Assembly (NCBI RefSeq): GCF_037042905.1
Contig: NC_087245.1
Coordinates: forward strand, 35,218,001-35,282,000
Direction: 5' to 3'
From: Lytechinus pictus
Lineage: Eukaryota
Length of the DNA stretch: 64,000 bases
Within the stretch, counting starts at the first letter, position 1. Each line of letters starts with the position of its first letter. The notes beneath the pieces are model-generated. The model was not told the origin of the DNA and did no database searches. It worked only from the letters and a program-made list of their open reading frames with translations. Shown here in pieces: positions 1 through 10,761 of this stretch. A program made the translations under genes and the position numbers.

Positions 1-140
1 GATATGATTATTTACATTTGGGACCGACCTTTAACGTCACCATCCAAAATACGTGACCAGGGTTCGAACCTCGAACCTCTGCATCAATTTGCAACTTCCC
101 CACATAGCTTGGATTACAGGCGCACGCCACAACGCCCAGT
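1..140 (-). mobile_element. SINE 5' portion: 7SL/Alu-domain-like head, Pol III B-box and Deu/Nin-like central motif
   Basis: Minus strand reads CTGGGCGTTGTGGCGTGCGCCTGTAATCCAAGCTA, close to the 7SL 5' end GCCGGGCGCGGTGGCGCGTGCCTGTAGTCCCAGCTA. It continues to GGTTCGAACCC (B-box, 60-70) and GGATGGTGACGTTAAAGGTCGGTCCC (20-45). Runs off or decays at the window start. Confidence 0.65.
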
Positions 141-414
141 TTTAGAAGCAATATAGCCTTTGAACCAGACGTTGTCGCCTTCAACGTCAAATTTATGCAT
201 CATATGTTTGCCCACTACATCTTGTATTGTAAGTTCACTTAGCTTTAAGTCCCCATTGCAGTGTTGTTGTTGTTGTTCATAGTTATCTTGACATGTATTT
301 TTAACTGCAGGGCGCCTTTGTAAAGCAGTTTTAAGAACTGAACAGGCCTACCATGCAGTATAAAATAAATAAAACAAAATAAATATAAATAAATAAATAA
401 TAATTTAAAAGTTC

Positions 415-1800
415 CCGTGGCATTATCATTTTTTTCTAGATTTTCTACAAGCATTCGACAATGTGAACTACTCATTTTTGTTTAAAACATTAAAGTTTAA
501 GGAATCGTTTATAAATTGGACTAAGATGTTACATAAACATGCTCAAGGTAGAGTACTACAATGTGGTTGGTTATCAGAATCATTTCATATTTATAAAGGT
601 ATAAGACAAGGGTGTTCAATGTCGGTATAGAGGTTTTTTTTCAGAGATTTTAGCAATTCCTATTAAAGAAAATGATGAAATCAGAGGTATAGATGTTTCA
701 GGAAATTGTTTGTGCTAACCACATCGAGAGATAAAAAATAACACATTTCGCAGACGATACGACGATATTTATTAATTCGATTAAATCCCTTTATAATGTT
801 ATGAAAGATGAATAATTTCGGTTCCAAAAGTTCCAAATTAAATTGGAATAATACAAATATATTAAAAATAGGGATATTTAACTTAGAAAGAAGCGAGTTT
901 GATTTTACAGATGATCCTGTTAAGTATTTAGGAATATCTGTGGGGGGTGAAGAGCATATGCGAAAGCTCATTTGGGGATTGGAAAATTGAAAATGTCAAT
1001 AACATACTAAAAACATGGACAATGAGTCAGCTTACATGTAACAGTATATTGATTATTATGAAATTTTGTGCCTCAAATCGTATATGTTGGTACGTTTTTT
1101 CCAATGCCAGACTTTGTATGCAAGAGTTACATAAGATAATATATTTTTATGGAATTCAATGCTTGAGAAAGTTAAACGTAATATTTGTGTCAGACCAATA
1201 GTTGAAGGTGGTCTTGGTATGATCGATCTATATTCGAAATCAAAATCAATTATATTGTCTTTGATAAATTCCTTTTTAAATAATTATGATACAGTCTGGA
1301 ATACACTTTTCTCGTTTTGGTTAAGGTACATAGGAGAAATTCCCTACTGTATTCAAATAAATTGTCATCCAAAACACATGTTCAAGCTTCGTCGATAAAA
1401 GGGTTTACCAATGTTTTATATTGAATATCTATAGAAATGGGCTCAATTACGTTATATAAATGAGCAAAATGTTTTAAAAAAAACATCGTAAAAAATTATC
1501 GAATAATATTAATATTGGAATGGAAAGAAGCTTCATATATTAAGTTGTATATACAGATAAATGGAAAGATATATCATTTTTCGAAAGCTTATTTTTTGGT
1601 TGATGTTGATAATTTAGTACACAGTTTTACATTTCAAAAAAAAAAAACATTTCCTGCTCATTGGTTAGAAAGAATAAGTATACGATTAAAGAAAAACAAA
1701 ATGACTCTCCAGAACAAGAAGTTCCGATACATCTGTTGGTGAACGTATTAATATAACTTTCACCAGAGCGAGAAAAAATATTACCGGTATTTGTTGTTTA
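415..1800 (+). pseudogene. Decayed non-LTR retrotransposon ORF2 reverse transcriptase (L1/Tx1 clade-like)
   Basis: Hand translation gives RT motifs in the right order across frameshifts and stops: LDFLQAFDNVN (~436-468), GIRQGCSMS (~598-625), HFADDTTIF (~743-770), PVKYLGI (ORF 808-990) and PIVEGGLGMIDL (ORF 1159-1398). The 3' boundary is approximate. Confidence 0.85.
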
Positions 1801-1810
1801 TACAAAAAGT

Positions 1811-1860
1811 TTTTTGTCTCACCTGCATAGCAGAGTGAGACTATAGGCGCCGCTTTTCCG

Positions 1861-1899
<39 letters not shown>

Positions 1900-2585
1900 T
1901 CAACACCAAATCTTAACCTGAGGTTAAGTTTTTGAAATGACAGCATAACTTAGAAAGTATATGGTCCTAGTTCATGAAACTTGGCCATAAGGTTAATCAA
2001 GTATTACTGAACATCCTGCATGAGTTTCATGTCACATGACCATGGTCAATGGTCATTTAGGGTCAATGAACTTTGGCCGAATTGGGTGTATCTGTTGAAT
2101 TACCATCATAACTTTAAAAGTTTATGGATCTGATTCATGAAACTTGGACATAATAGTAATCAAGTATTACTGAACATCCTGCATGAGTTTCACGTCACAT
2201 GACCAAGGTCAAAGGTCATTTAGGGTCAATGAACTTTGGCCGAATTGGGTGTATCTGTTGAATTACCATCATAACTTTAAAAGTTTATGGATCTGATTCA
2301 TGAAACTTGGACATAAGAACAATCAAGTATCCATGAACATCATGCGCGTTTCAGGTCACACGACCGAGGTCAAATGTCATATAGGGTGAAGGAACATTGC
2401 CCATGTTGGGGGAATTTGTTGAATTGCCATCATGACTTTGAACGTATATACTTTTAAGATATATATATATAAATATATATATATATAGTTCACGAAACTA
2501 TTAGATATAAGAGTAATCAAGTATCACTGAAAATCCTGCATGAGATACAGATCACATGACCACGGTCAAAGGTCATACAGGGTTA
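1811..2585 (+). mobile_element. HINE/Tsp-like non-autonomous element, 3'-truncated
   Basis: T-run, then 5' hairpin GTCTCACCTGC-ATA-GCAGAGTGAGAC, then a (GGC)n microsatellite (1862-1898), then about 4 tandem cores of ~163 bp containing GTCACATGACCAAGGTCAAAGGTCA. No 3' sub-terminal repeat seen. Confidence 0.7.
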
Positions 2586-2949
2586 TTTTTACTATTTGGA
2601 TATTTATTATGTCTTTTAATACTGCATGTTTTGTTTTTAATCAAAATAATAAATAAATGAATTGAAAATAGATCATGTTCAACATGGACTTGACAACACT
2701 GAAAAGCCCTTTTTTAATTATCATTGTTTTCCAGGATGAGATCTTGTAGTATTGTGTACAAGTTTTGTACAGAAGTTGCAGAGTCGCATTTCGAACTGAC
2801 TTATATTTTCCCCCAATCATTAGCAGCCCTACTCCTTAGCCAACGCTTTACAGATTTTCTCCTTTTCCCCTTTCTATCCTCACACCGTTGGTATCACGGT
2901 ACTTGAGGGCGTACAACTACCTGTTTGGTAACAACAGGAGCATGTTTCT

Positions 2950-3667
2950 TTAAAATATTTAGCTATATTATACACATCTCGGTTAGGATCACAAACGTTG
3001 CCCAGAATGTTAAGATAGTTACGGCAAAATACCTGGGGAAAAATAGCGCGCGCTTCGCGCTCGCATTATCAATGTGAGAAGATTACCAATTACTCATGCC
3101 TTTAATGATTTACAAAAGATGAATAGAGTGTCCCATTTTTAGGTGTAAACTCGATTTTTTTCGGCTCGCGCTTCGTTCTCGCATCGATGGTTTAGTTATA
3201 TACTTATCCTTTTCACGATTACCAAAAGTGCTTAGAATGTTAATTCTTCATGTAAAAAAAAATTTCATCTCGCGCTTCGCGCTCGCATTATTTGATTGTT
3301 GGAATATGTAACGTCTTCATGGCTAATTGCAAGCCGTCATTAACATATCCTTTTACGGATTAGGTCTAAACGTATATTAAAAATTTCTGCTCGCACGATC
3401 TCGTTTAGATCACAAAAACTGCCCCGAATGTTTAAATTTTATGACAACATACATGAAAAAATAGCTCACGCTTCGCACTCTCACTATTTTCATAAGGCTT
3501 TTGAAATTATAATATATTTATGTTGATTTACAAGAATAGATATTAGAAGTGACTATTAGGACTACCCCTTCAAAGAAACAAACAAAAATCAAATTCGAGC
3601 GGCCGATCGGGGAAAATGTAGCTGAACAAAATTCAGTCCCCCTACCCCTATTCTGGATCCGCCCCTG
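2950..3667. mobile_element. Non-autonomous DNA transposon fragment with repeated CGCGCTTCGCGCTCGCA motifs (hAT-like end)
   Basis: About five degenerate copies of (T)CGCGCTTCGCGCTCGCA (~3050, 3168, 3270, 3390, 3468). Ends in CTGGATCCGCCCCTG (3653-3667), a CAG-type terminal sequence. The other end was not found. Confidence 0.45.
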
Positions 3668-3951
3668 ACTTAGGAAATAATGGAAGCACGAACCGACACT
3701 TTTTGGTATATTTCTAAACCTGATTAAGGGAAATTTATGAACTATTGTAAGGAAACACAAACAGCTACGGGTTTTCACTATAAGCAACGCGATACACTTC
3801 ATATCGATCTACATGTATAGGGGATTTGAAAGAGGATTGTTCATATGGAATAATAATGAACAAGATTTGTACTTCACAATTAGCAAAAAAATGCGACCAT
3901 TCACTGTAATTCAACAGCAAGAGATACGTGTCCCAATAAATGAAATTTGCT

Positions 3952-3953
<2 letters not shown>

Positions 3954-3998
<45 letters not shown>
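3954..3998. repeat. (AT)n microsatellite
   Basis: Uninterrupted TA run of ~45 bp. Confidence 0.95.
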
Positions 3999-4001
<3 letters not shown>

Positions 4002-4091
4002 CTTAGAAGAGAGATATTTTGAAGAACTTATCACAATTAGTATGCAACTATTATTATGCATGAACTTTTTTATCACAAATATTCTTTAGGA

Positions 4092-4776
4092 TTATTGTCT
4101 CGCCCACCAGAGGTGAAGGCGAGACTTAGGATCCAAATGTCGTCTGTCCGTCCGGCGTCCGTCCGTCACAAACTTATTATGACACATAACTCCTTAACCG
4201 TAAGTCGCTTTTCAACCAAACTTGGATGGTAAATGGACTTGGGGGACCTGCATGTTTTGCTGCAGTCTGAGGTCACATGGTAAGGTCAAAGGTCATTTTC
4301 AGGTCAACGTTAAGTTTACATGCAAGACTCTCTTATGACACCTAACTCCACAACCGTAAGTCGCTTTTCAACCAAACTTGGATGGTAGATGGACTTGGGG
4401 GACCTGCATGTCATGCTGCAGTTAGAAGTCACATGGTTAGGTCAAAGGTCATTTTGAGGTCAATGTTAAAGTTTACATGCAAGACTCTTTTATGACACCT
4501 AACTCTGCAACCGTAAGTTATTTTTCAAAAAAACTTGGATGGTAGATGTATTTAGGCGACCTGCATGTTATGCTGCAGTCGGAGGTCACATGGTAAGGTC
4601 AAAGGTCATTTTCAAATCAACATTAAAATTTACATGCAAGGCTCTTATGACAAGTGTTATTCCATCCCAGTCATTTCACAATGAAGTTTCATTATAATTC
4701 TCTTGCGTGCCCTCGCAAATCACGAGATTTCTGGTTATTTTCATAAGTGGGCGAGACACAAAATTGCTTTTGCCTT
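4092..4776 (+). mobile_element. Complete HINE/Tsp-like non-autonomous element
   Basis: 5' subTIR TGTCTCGCCCAC (4096-4107) with adjacent partial IR GGCGAGAC, a (GTCC)n tract, three cores of ~156 bp (AACCGTAAGT at 4196, 4352, 4509), 3' subTIR GTGGGCGAGACA (4747-4758), hairpin CAAAA-TTGC-TTTTG (4759-4772) and TT at both ends. Confidence 0.8.
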
Positions 4777-4847
4777 AATTGTTATATTAGTTATGATTGC
4801 ACTGTATAAAGTTCCTGGGACAAATTGTGTGGCAATCATAATTAAGT

Positions 4848-5834
4848 TTACTCAACGGGATAGAATTGCCTCATGCAATTAATGATCTCCCCGAATTTGT
4901 TTGGGCCTACATTGTTCCTCCACATAAATTCATCGAGGTATGATGGGAAAAGGGCCCGGGACGTACCGTGCTGACGGCGCAATTTCCTCTTGGCGCGCAT
5001 CCATGTGCCTTCTATAGTATTGGTGTGAAGCCAATCATGGATGGGATCTACGAAATGATGTTCATGGATAACCATATCATGTAGGTAGACCCCATTATTC
5101 AGCTGGCCAAGATGATGGTATGCCGCCCAACCATCACTTATAATGTGGGTACCGGGCAAGCACCATTGCTGAATAATGGGCTCAAGTGTGCCCCTGTCCC
5201 TTCTAGGGACAACCTGGAGTTGGCATCTACCACTACCACGCTCCACGGCGCCAAACACCCAATGGCCTTCATGATACTGGCCCCGATGGTACTTCCTGTG
5301 GAAATATTTACTTTCGTCAATCTCGACGATGATTGGGTTTCCCATATCGTCGAATCCGCCAAGTTGACGAAAATTTTCAATGAGATGTTGGGAACAAACT
5401 TCTCTGATCATGTTGGCCCAATCGGTTGCCGTACCATCATCATGTATCGATGATTGCCTTTGGATAAATTCCAAGGGCGCATCCTCAGACCACAAATACA
5501 CAAACATTATTAATTGGGTTAGGGTCAAATGACTACCCGAAAAAAAAGATCCTGTTCGTATGCTTTTTTTCCGCTGACACTCGGGGCACCGCCACTGCCA
5601 ACCGTCAATGCCATTGCTGGCAGTTTTCCTCGATCGTACATTACATATCGGGCAAGTGAAATGATTTCTTAACAATCCCCTTTCAACCAAGAACTCCACA
5701 GCGTCATTAGTTTCGGCTATTCTTGGTATCAAATCTACAAGCAAAACATGTTGTGCAGCCACATCAGCATTGTTGATTATCCTCGCGGGATCAATCATAA
5801 CTTCGCGAGCTCGTGGACGACCTGGGCCTGCCAT
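4848..5834 (-). CDS. Merlin / IS1595 (ISXO2-like) DDE transposase, intact 328 aa
   Basis: Uninterrupted ORF, more GC-rich than its flanks. Zinc ribbon CPIC...WRCPEC, then SIRTGSFF, catalytic motifs VEIDESKY, ISDGWAAY and HTNTIEGTWMRAKR, plus WVFGAVER and YLDEFMWR. All are diagnostic of IS1595/Merlin transposases. Confidence 0.95.
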   Translation of the reverse strand: MAGPGRPRAREVMIDPARIINNADVAAQHVLLVDLIPRIAETNDAVEFLVERGLLRNHFTCPICNVRSRKTASNGIDGWQWRCPECQRKKSIRTGSFFSGSHLTLTQLIMFVYLWSEDAPLEFIQRQSSIHDDGTATDWANMIREVCSQHLIENFRQLGGFDDMGNPIIVEIDESKYFHRKYHRGQYHEGHWVFGAVERGSGRCQLQVVPRRDRGTLEPIIQQWCLPGTHIISDGWAAYHHLGQLNNGVYLHDMVIHEHHFVDPIHDWLHTNTIEGTWMRAKRKLRRQHGTSRALFPSYLDEFMWRNNVGPNKFGEIINCMRQFYPVE

Positions 5835-5987
5835 TTTAATTCCTTCAAATCGAATGTATGATAATTATGGATTATGTTTAGGTGAAAATATGATTTGGCT
5901 TTATTCAGAATGAGAAACCAATAGAGGCTAAGTATGTAATAACGTATCGACTGGTTGAAACTTGTAATGTCAAACACTGACCACTTA

Positions 5988-6058
5988 AAACTTAACTACA
6001 ATGAACACTAAACACTTAACTAAAATAAACTAAACACTTAACTACAATAAACTGAAAC
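5988..6058. repeat. Short ~23-bp tandem repeat (ACTTAACTAMAATRAAC...) x3
   Basis: ACTTAACTA recurs at ~5990, 6014 and 6036, upstream of the transposase start codon. Confidence 0.7.
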
Positions 6059-6661
6059 AATTTTCATGAGAAAACCCCTTGAATCAAGTAGAACTCGGGT
6101 GCTTAGCTACAGTAACACCAAGGCAAAAGTACAAAAATATGCTGAGCTTAAGTGATAGCTCGGATGTCAAAGCAAGAACTATACACTATAAGAAACACTA
6201 CAAAGTATGAACTATTTTATACTCTCACAATTATTTCTTACGTATCGTGACAAAACAGTAATATGTTTGGGCTACTGAAATACCCTTTAAATTAATTGCA
6301 AAACTAAAATAAAAGCTACGAAATTAAATAAGACTGAATTTGAATCGCAGTATAAAGACAATTTCGTACCTATCACACAGGATATCTATTTGCAATGCAG
6401 TGTACAACATCCACAAAGATTGGATTCAAACTCATGCCTATATAAGCAATGCAATCTAGTACACCATCTCAGCTAAAACATGCAGTCTACAGATAATAAT
6501 TGAAAAGCATTTAAGAAATCAACAATCTTTGCGGTGTCAGCTATGCGCGTAAACGGGCGTATATGTACATTCCCTGTTTAATTGTATTCAGGGGAAATGC
6601 AGCGCGCGTAACAGCTGCACTGCTAAGGCCAGGGTAATTATGCTGCATATACTGTAGAGCA

Positions 6662-9595
6662 CTTCAAGTCCCTAAAATAGTTTATGCCCCTAAAACCCAG
6701 TAGGTACAATACGGTAATATATATAGGCCATTTTCATCCCCTTTCCAATTAAATGTTGGCTTCTTGGAAGTACCCCCCCCCTTCAAGTCCCTAAGATAGT
6801 TTATGCCCCTAAAACCCAGTAGGTACAATACGGTAATATATATAGGTCAATTTCATCCCCTCTCCAATTAAATGTTGGCTTCTTGGAAGTACCCCCCCCC
6901 CCCCATTCAAGTCTCTAAAATAGTTTATGCCCCTAAAACCCAGTAGGTACAATACGGTAATATATATAGTCCAATTTCATCCCCTTTCCAATTAAATGTA
7001 GCGTTCTTGGAAGTACCCCCCCCTTCAAATCCCCCAAATAGTTTATGCCCCTAAAACCCAGTAGGTACAATACGGTAATATATATAGGTCAATTTCATCC
7101 CCTCTCCAATTAAATGTTGGCTTCTTGGAAGTACCCCCCCCCCCCCTTCAAATCCCTAAAATAGTTTATGCCCCTAAAACCCAGTAGGTACAATAGGGTA
7201 ATATATATAGGTCAATTTCATCCCCTCTCCAATTAAATGTTGGCTTCTTGGAAGTATACCCCCCCCCTTCAAGTCCCTAAGATAGTTTATGCCCCTAAAA
7301 CCCAGTAGGTACAATACGGTAATATATATAGTCCAATTTCATCCCCTCTCCAATTTAATGTTGGGTTCTTGGAAGTACCCCCCCCCCTCAAGTCAAAAAA
7401 TAGTTTATGCCCCTAAAACCCAGTAGGTACAATACGGTAATATATATAGGCCAATTTCATCCCCTCTCCAATTAAATGTTGGCTTCTTGGAAGTACCCCC
7501 CCCCATTCAAGTCTCTAAAATAGTTTATGCCCCTAAAACCCAGTAGGTACAATACGGTAATATATATAGTCCAATTTCATCCCCTCTCCAATTAAATGTT
7601 GGCTTCCTGGAAGTACCCCCCCCCCCTTCAAATCCCTAAAATAGTTTATGCCCCTAAAACCCAGTAGGTACAATACGGTAATATATATAGGCCAATTTCA
7701 TCCCCTTTCCAATTAAATGTAGCGTTCTCGGAAGTACCCCCCCCCTTCAAATCCCTAAAATAGTTTATGCCCCTAAAACCCAGTAGGTACAATACGGTAA
7801 TAAATATAGGACAATTTCATCCCCTCTCCAATTAAATGTTGGCTTCTTGGAAGTACCCCCCCCCCTTCAAGTCCCTAAAATAGTTTATGCCCCTAAAACC
7901 CAGTAGGTACAATACGGTAATATATATAGGCCAATTCCATCCCCTTTCCAATTAAATGTAGCGTTCTTGGAAGTACCCCCCCCCCCTTCAAGTCCCTAAA
8001 ATAGTTTATGCCCCTAAAACCCAGTAGGTACAATACGGTAATATATATAGGTCAATTTCATCCCCTCTCCAATTAAATGTTGGCTTCTTGGAAGTACCCC
8101 CCCCCCCTTCAAGTCCCTAAAATAGTTTATGCCCCTAAAACCCAGTAGGTACAATACGGTAATATATATAGGCCAATTCCATCCCCTTTCCAATTAAATG
8201 TAGCGTTCTTGGAAGTACCCCCCCCCTTCAAGTCCCTAAAATAGTTTATGCCCCTAAAACCCAGTAGGTACAATACGGTAATATATATAGGCCATTTTCA
8301 TCCCCTTTCCAATTAAATGTTGGCTTCTTGGAAGTACCCCCCCCCCCCTTCAAGTCCCTAAAATAGTTTATGCCCCTAAAACCCAGTAGGTACAATACGG
8401 TAATATATATAGGCCAATTTCATCCCCTCTCCAATTAAATGTTGGCTTCTTGGAAGTACCCCCCCCCCCCATTCAAGTCTCTAAAATAGTTTATGCCCCT
8501 AAAACCCAGTAGGTACAATACGGTAATATATATAGTCCAATTTCATCCCCTTTCCAATTAAATGTAGCGTTCTTGGAAGTACCCCCCCCCCTTCAAATCC
8601 CCCAAATAGTTTATGCCCCTAAAACCCAGTAGGTACAATACGGTAATATATATAGGTCAATTTCATCCCCTCTCCAATTAAATGTTGGCTTCTTGGAAGT
8701 ACCCCCCCCCCCTTCAAATCCCTAAAATAGTTTATGCCCCTAAAACCCAGTAGGTACAATACGGTAATATATATAGGTCAATTTCATCCCCTCTCCAATT
8801 AAATGTTGGCTTCTTGGAAGTATACCCCCCCCCCTTCAAGTCCCTAAGATAGTTTATGCCCCTAAAACCCAGTAGGTACAATACGGTAATATATATAGGC
8901 CATTTTCATCCCCTTTCCAATTAAATGTTGGCTTCTTGGAAGTACCCCCCCCCCTTCAAGTCCCTAAAATAGTTTATGCCCCTAAAACCCAGTAGGTACA
9001 ATACGGTAATATATATAGGCCAATTTCATCCCCTCTCCAATTAAATGTTGGCTTCTTGGAAGTACCCCCCCCCCCCATTCAAGTCTCTAAAATAGTTTAT
9101 GCCCCTAAAACCCAGTAGGTACAATACGGTAATATATATAGTCCAATTTCATCCCCTTTCCAATTAAATGTAGCGTTCTTGGAAGTACCCCCCCCCCCCT
9201 TCAAATCCCCCAAATAGTTTATGCCCCTAAAACCCAGTAGGTACAATACGGTAATATATATAGGTCAATTTCATCCCCTCTCCAATTAAATGTTGGCTTC
9301 TTGGAAGTACCCCCCCCCCCCTTCAAATCCCTAAAATAGTTTATGCCCCTAAAACCCAGTAGGTACAATAGGGTAATATATATAGGTCAATTTCATCCCC
9401 TCTCCAATTAAATGTTGGCTTCTTGGAAGTATACCCCCCCCCCCTTCAAGTCCCTAAGATAGTTTATGCCCCTAAAACCCAGTAGGTACAATACGGTAAT
9501 ATATATAGTCCAATTTCATCCCCTCTCCAATTTAATGTTGGGTTCTTGGAAGTACCCCCCCCCCCTCAAGTCAAAAAATAGTTTATGCCCCTAAA
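6662..9595. repeat. ~120-bp tandem satellite, about 24 full monomers plus one partial
   Basis: Monomer CTTCAAGTCCCTAAAATAGTTTATGCCCCTAAAACCCAGTAGGTACAATACGGTAATATATATAGGCCAATTTCATCCCCTCTCCAATTAAATGTTGGCTTCTTGGAAGTA-poly(C). Length varies mainly in the poly-C run. A degenerate copy follows at ~9610-9790. Confidence 0.97.
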
Positions 9596-10063
9596 CCCCC
9601 CCCCCTCCACTCAAATGTAGATTTCTTGGAAGTACCCCCCTTCAGCCCCCAAAATAATTTATACCCCTCAAACCCAGCAGTTACATTAGGGGATATATTA
9701 ATATTTTCAAAGTTGATCTTCTCTCCTAAAAAATGGCTTGAAATACTCCCCCCTCCCCCCCCCCTTAAGTCAAAATATAGTTTATCTGTTGTTCTTTTTT
9801 ATCATCATTTATTATAGACCGTTGATGAAATGCCTGGTAATGTATCTGGCTCTGCCATCCAATTCTTGCATCGGGTTTGTCAAGTGATCTCACTCCATAA
9901 TTTCTGACCAAGTAGAGCACTGCTGGAGAAAAACAAAGGGGAGGGGGGGGGAGACAGTCATGATTAAATATTGTTCAAGTTGGTAACTTCAATAAGAACA
10001 TGCGGTTGTATATATGGGAAAATGCAGGTCTATAAACGTATATTTCAGATGCAATTAAAAATT

Positions 10064-10190
10064 TTACCCTAAATGACCTTTGACTTTGATCATGTGACCT
10101 TCAACTCGGTCAGTGAATCATTTGACCTTCAACTCGGTCAGTGAAACTTAATTGCATTAGTGCCAAAGTTTCAAGAAAAGATCCACATAA
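10064..10190 (-). mobile_element. HINE core-repeat fragment, inverted relative to the element at 1811-2585
   Basis: ACCCTAAATGACCTTTGACTTTGATCATGTGAC is the near reverse complement of GTCACATGACCAAGGTCAAAGGTCATTTAGGGT seen at ~2194-2226. Confidence 0.7.
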
Positions 10191-10519
10191 TAACAAGGCC
10201 CAGCATGCGAGACAAAAATGTTGAAAACAGCCCAATAATATTTGAATATTTGCCCTTTTAGCAGTCCATACTATGCTTGGATGATTTGGCTGAAGTTGGA
10301 GGCCGGTAATGTATACAGATATTTTACGCCCCTAAAACCCAGGATTACCCGGAGTTCAGCTGAACAACCAACATAACAGAGACCGAAGCTTTTGGTCTAG
10401 TCGAGACTAAGCTTATGTGAGAAATTTTGTCCCCCAGGCCCAGATCTTTTTTGTCTCCGGAGTCAGAAACGAGAAAGCACGATAATGCCGCGTTTAATCG
10501 CAACTCTTTTGGCAACGGA

Positions 10520-10642
10520 CCCCAGATCTGACATATTTCTCTGATGTTGATTGGCTGAGAGGTACTGTTACTATGGTAACTGTCGGAAAAAGTGGGACTT
10601 GTCGGATAAAACATCCGACAAGTCCTTTCATGAAATGCTCCC
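10520..10642. mobile_element. One half of a Harbinger-like MITE
   Basis: Internal hairpin GGACTTGTCGGAT-AAAAC-ATCCGACAAGTCC, then TTTCATGAAATGCTCCCC followed by CAG (a CWG-type target). The matching left end is absent. Confidence 0.4.
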
Positions 10643-10761
10643 CAGGGCTCCGGCGCGCTTCGCGGGCCGGAGCTCCCTGGGTTAACCTACACCTACGGCT
10701 ACGCATGGGACTGAGGCGCAATACGGGACCCAATCGAACCACACTCACTTGACCAAGCAAA

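Noticed and set aside
1686..1946. Poly-Ala ORF
   Set aside because: Translation of the (GGC)n microsatellite of the HINE.
4811..4821. TCCTGGG as the left TIR pairing with CCCAGGA at 10338-10344
   Set aside because: Only 7 bp match and the flanks show no target-site duplication.
5112..5453. Overlapping alternative-frame ORFs within the transposase
   Set aside because: Shadow ORFs of a GC-richer coding region, with no motifs.
6686..6700. Telomere-like CCCCTAAAACCC
   Set aside because: It occurs once per monomer and never as tandem hexamer or octamer repeats.
6662..9595. CRISPR-like array next to a nuclease-fold ORF
   Set aside because: The whole 120-bp monomer is repeated, with no unique spacers and no cas genes. 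The context is eukaryotic.
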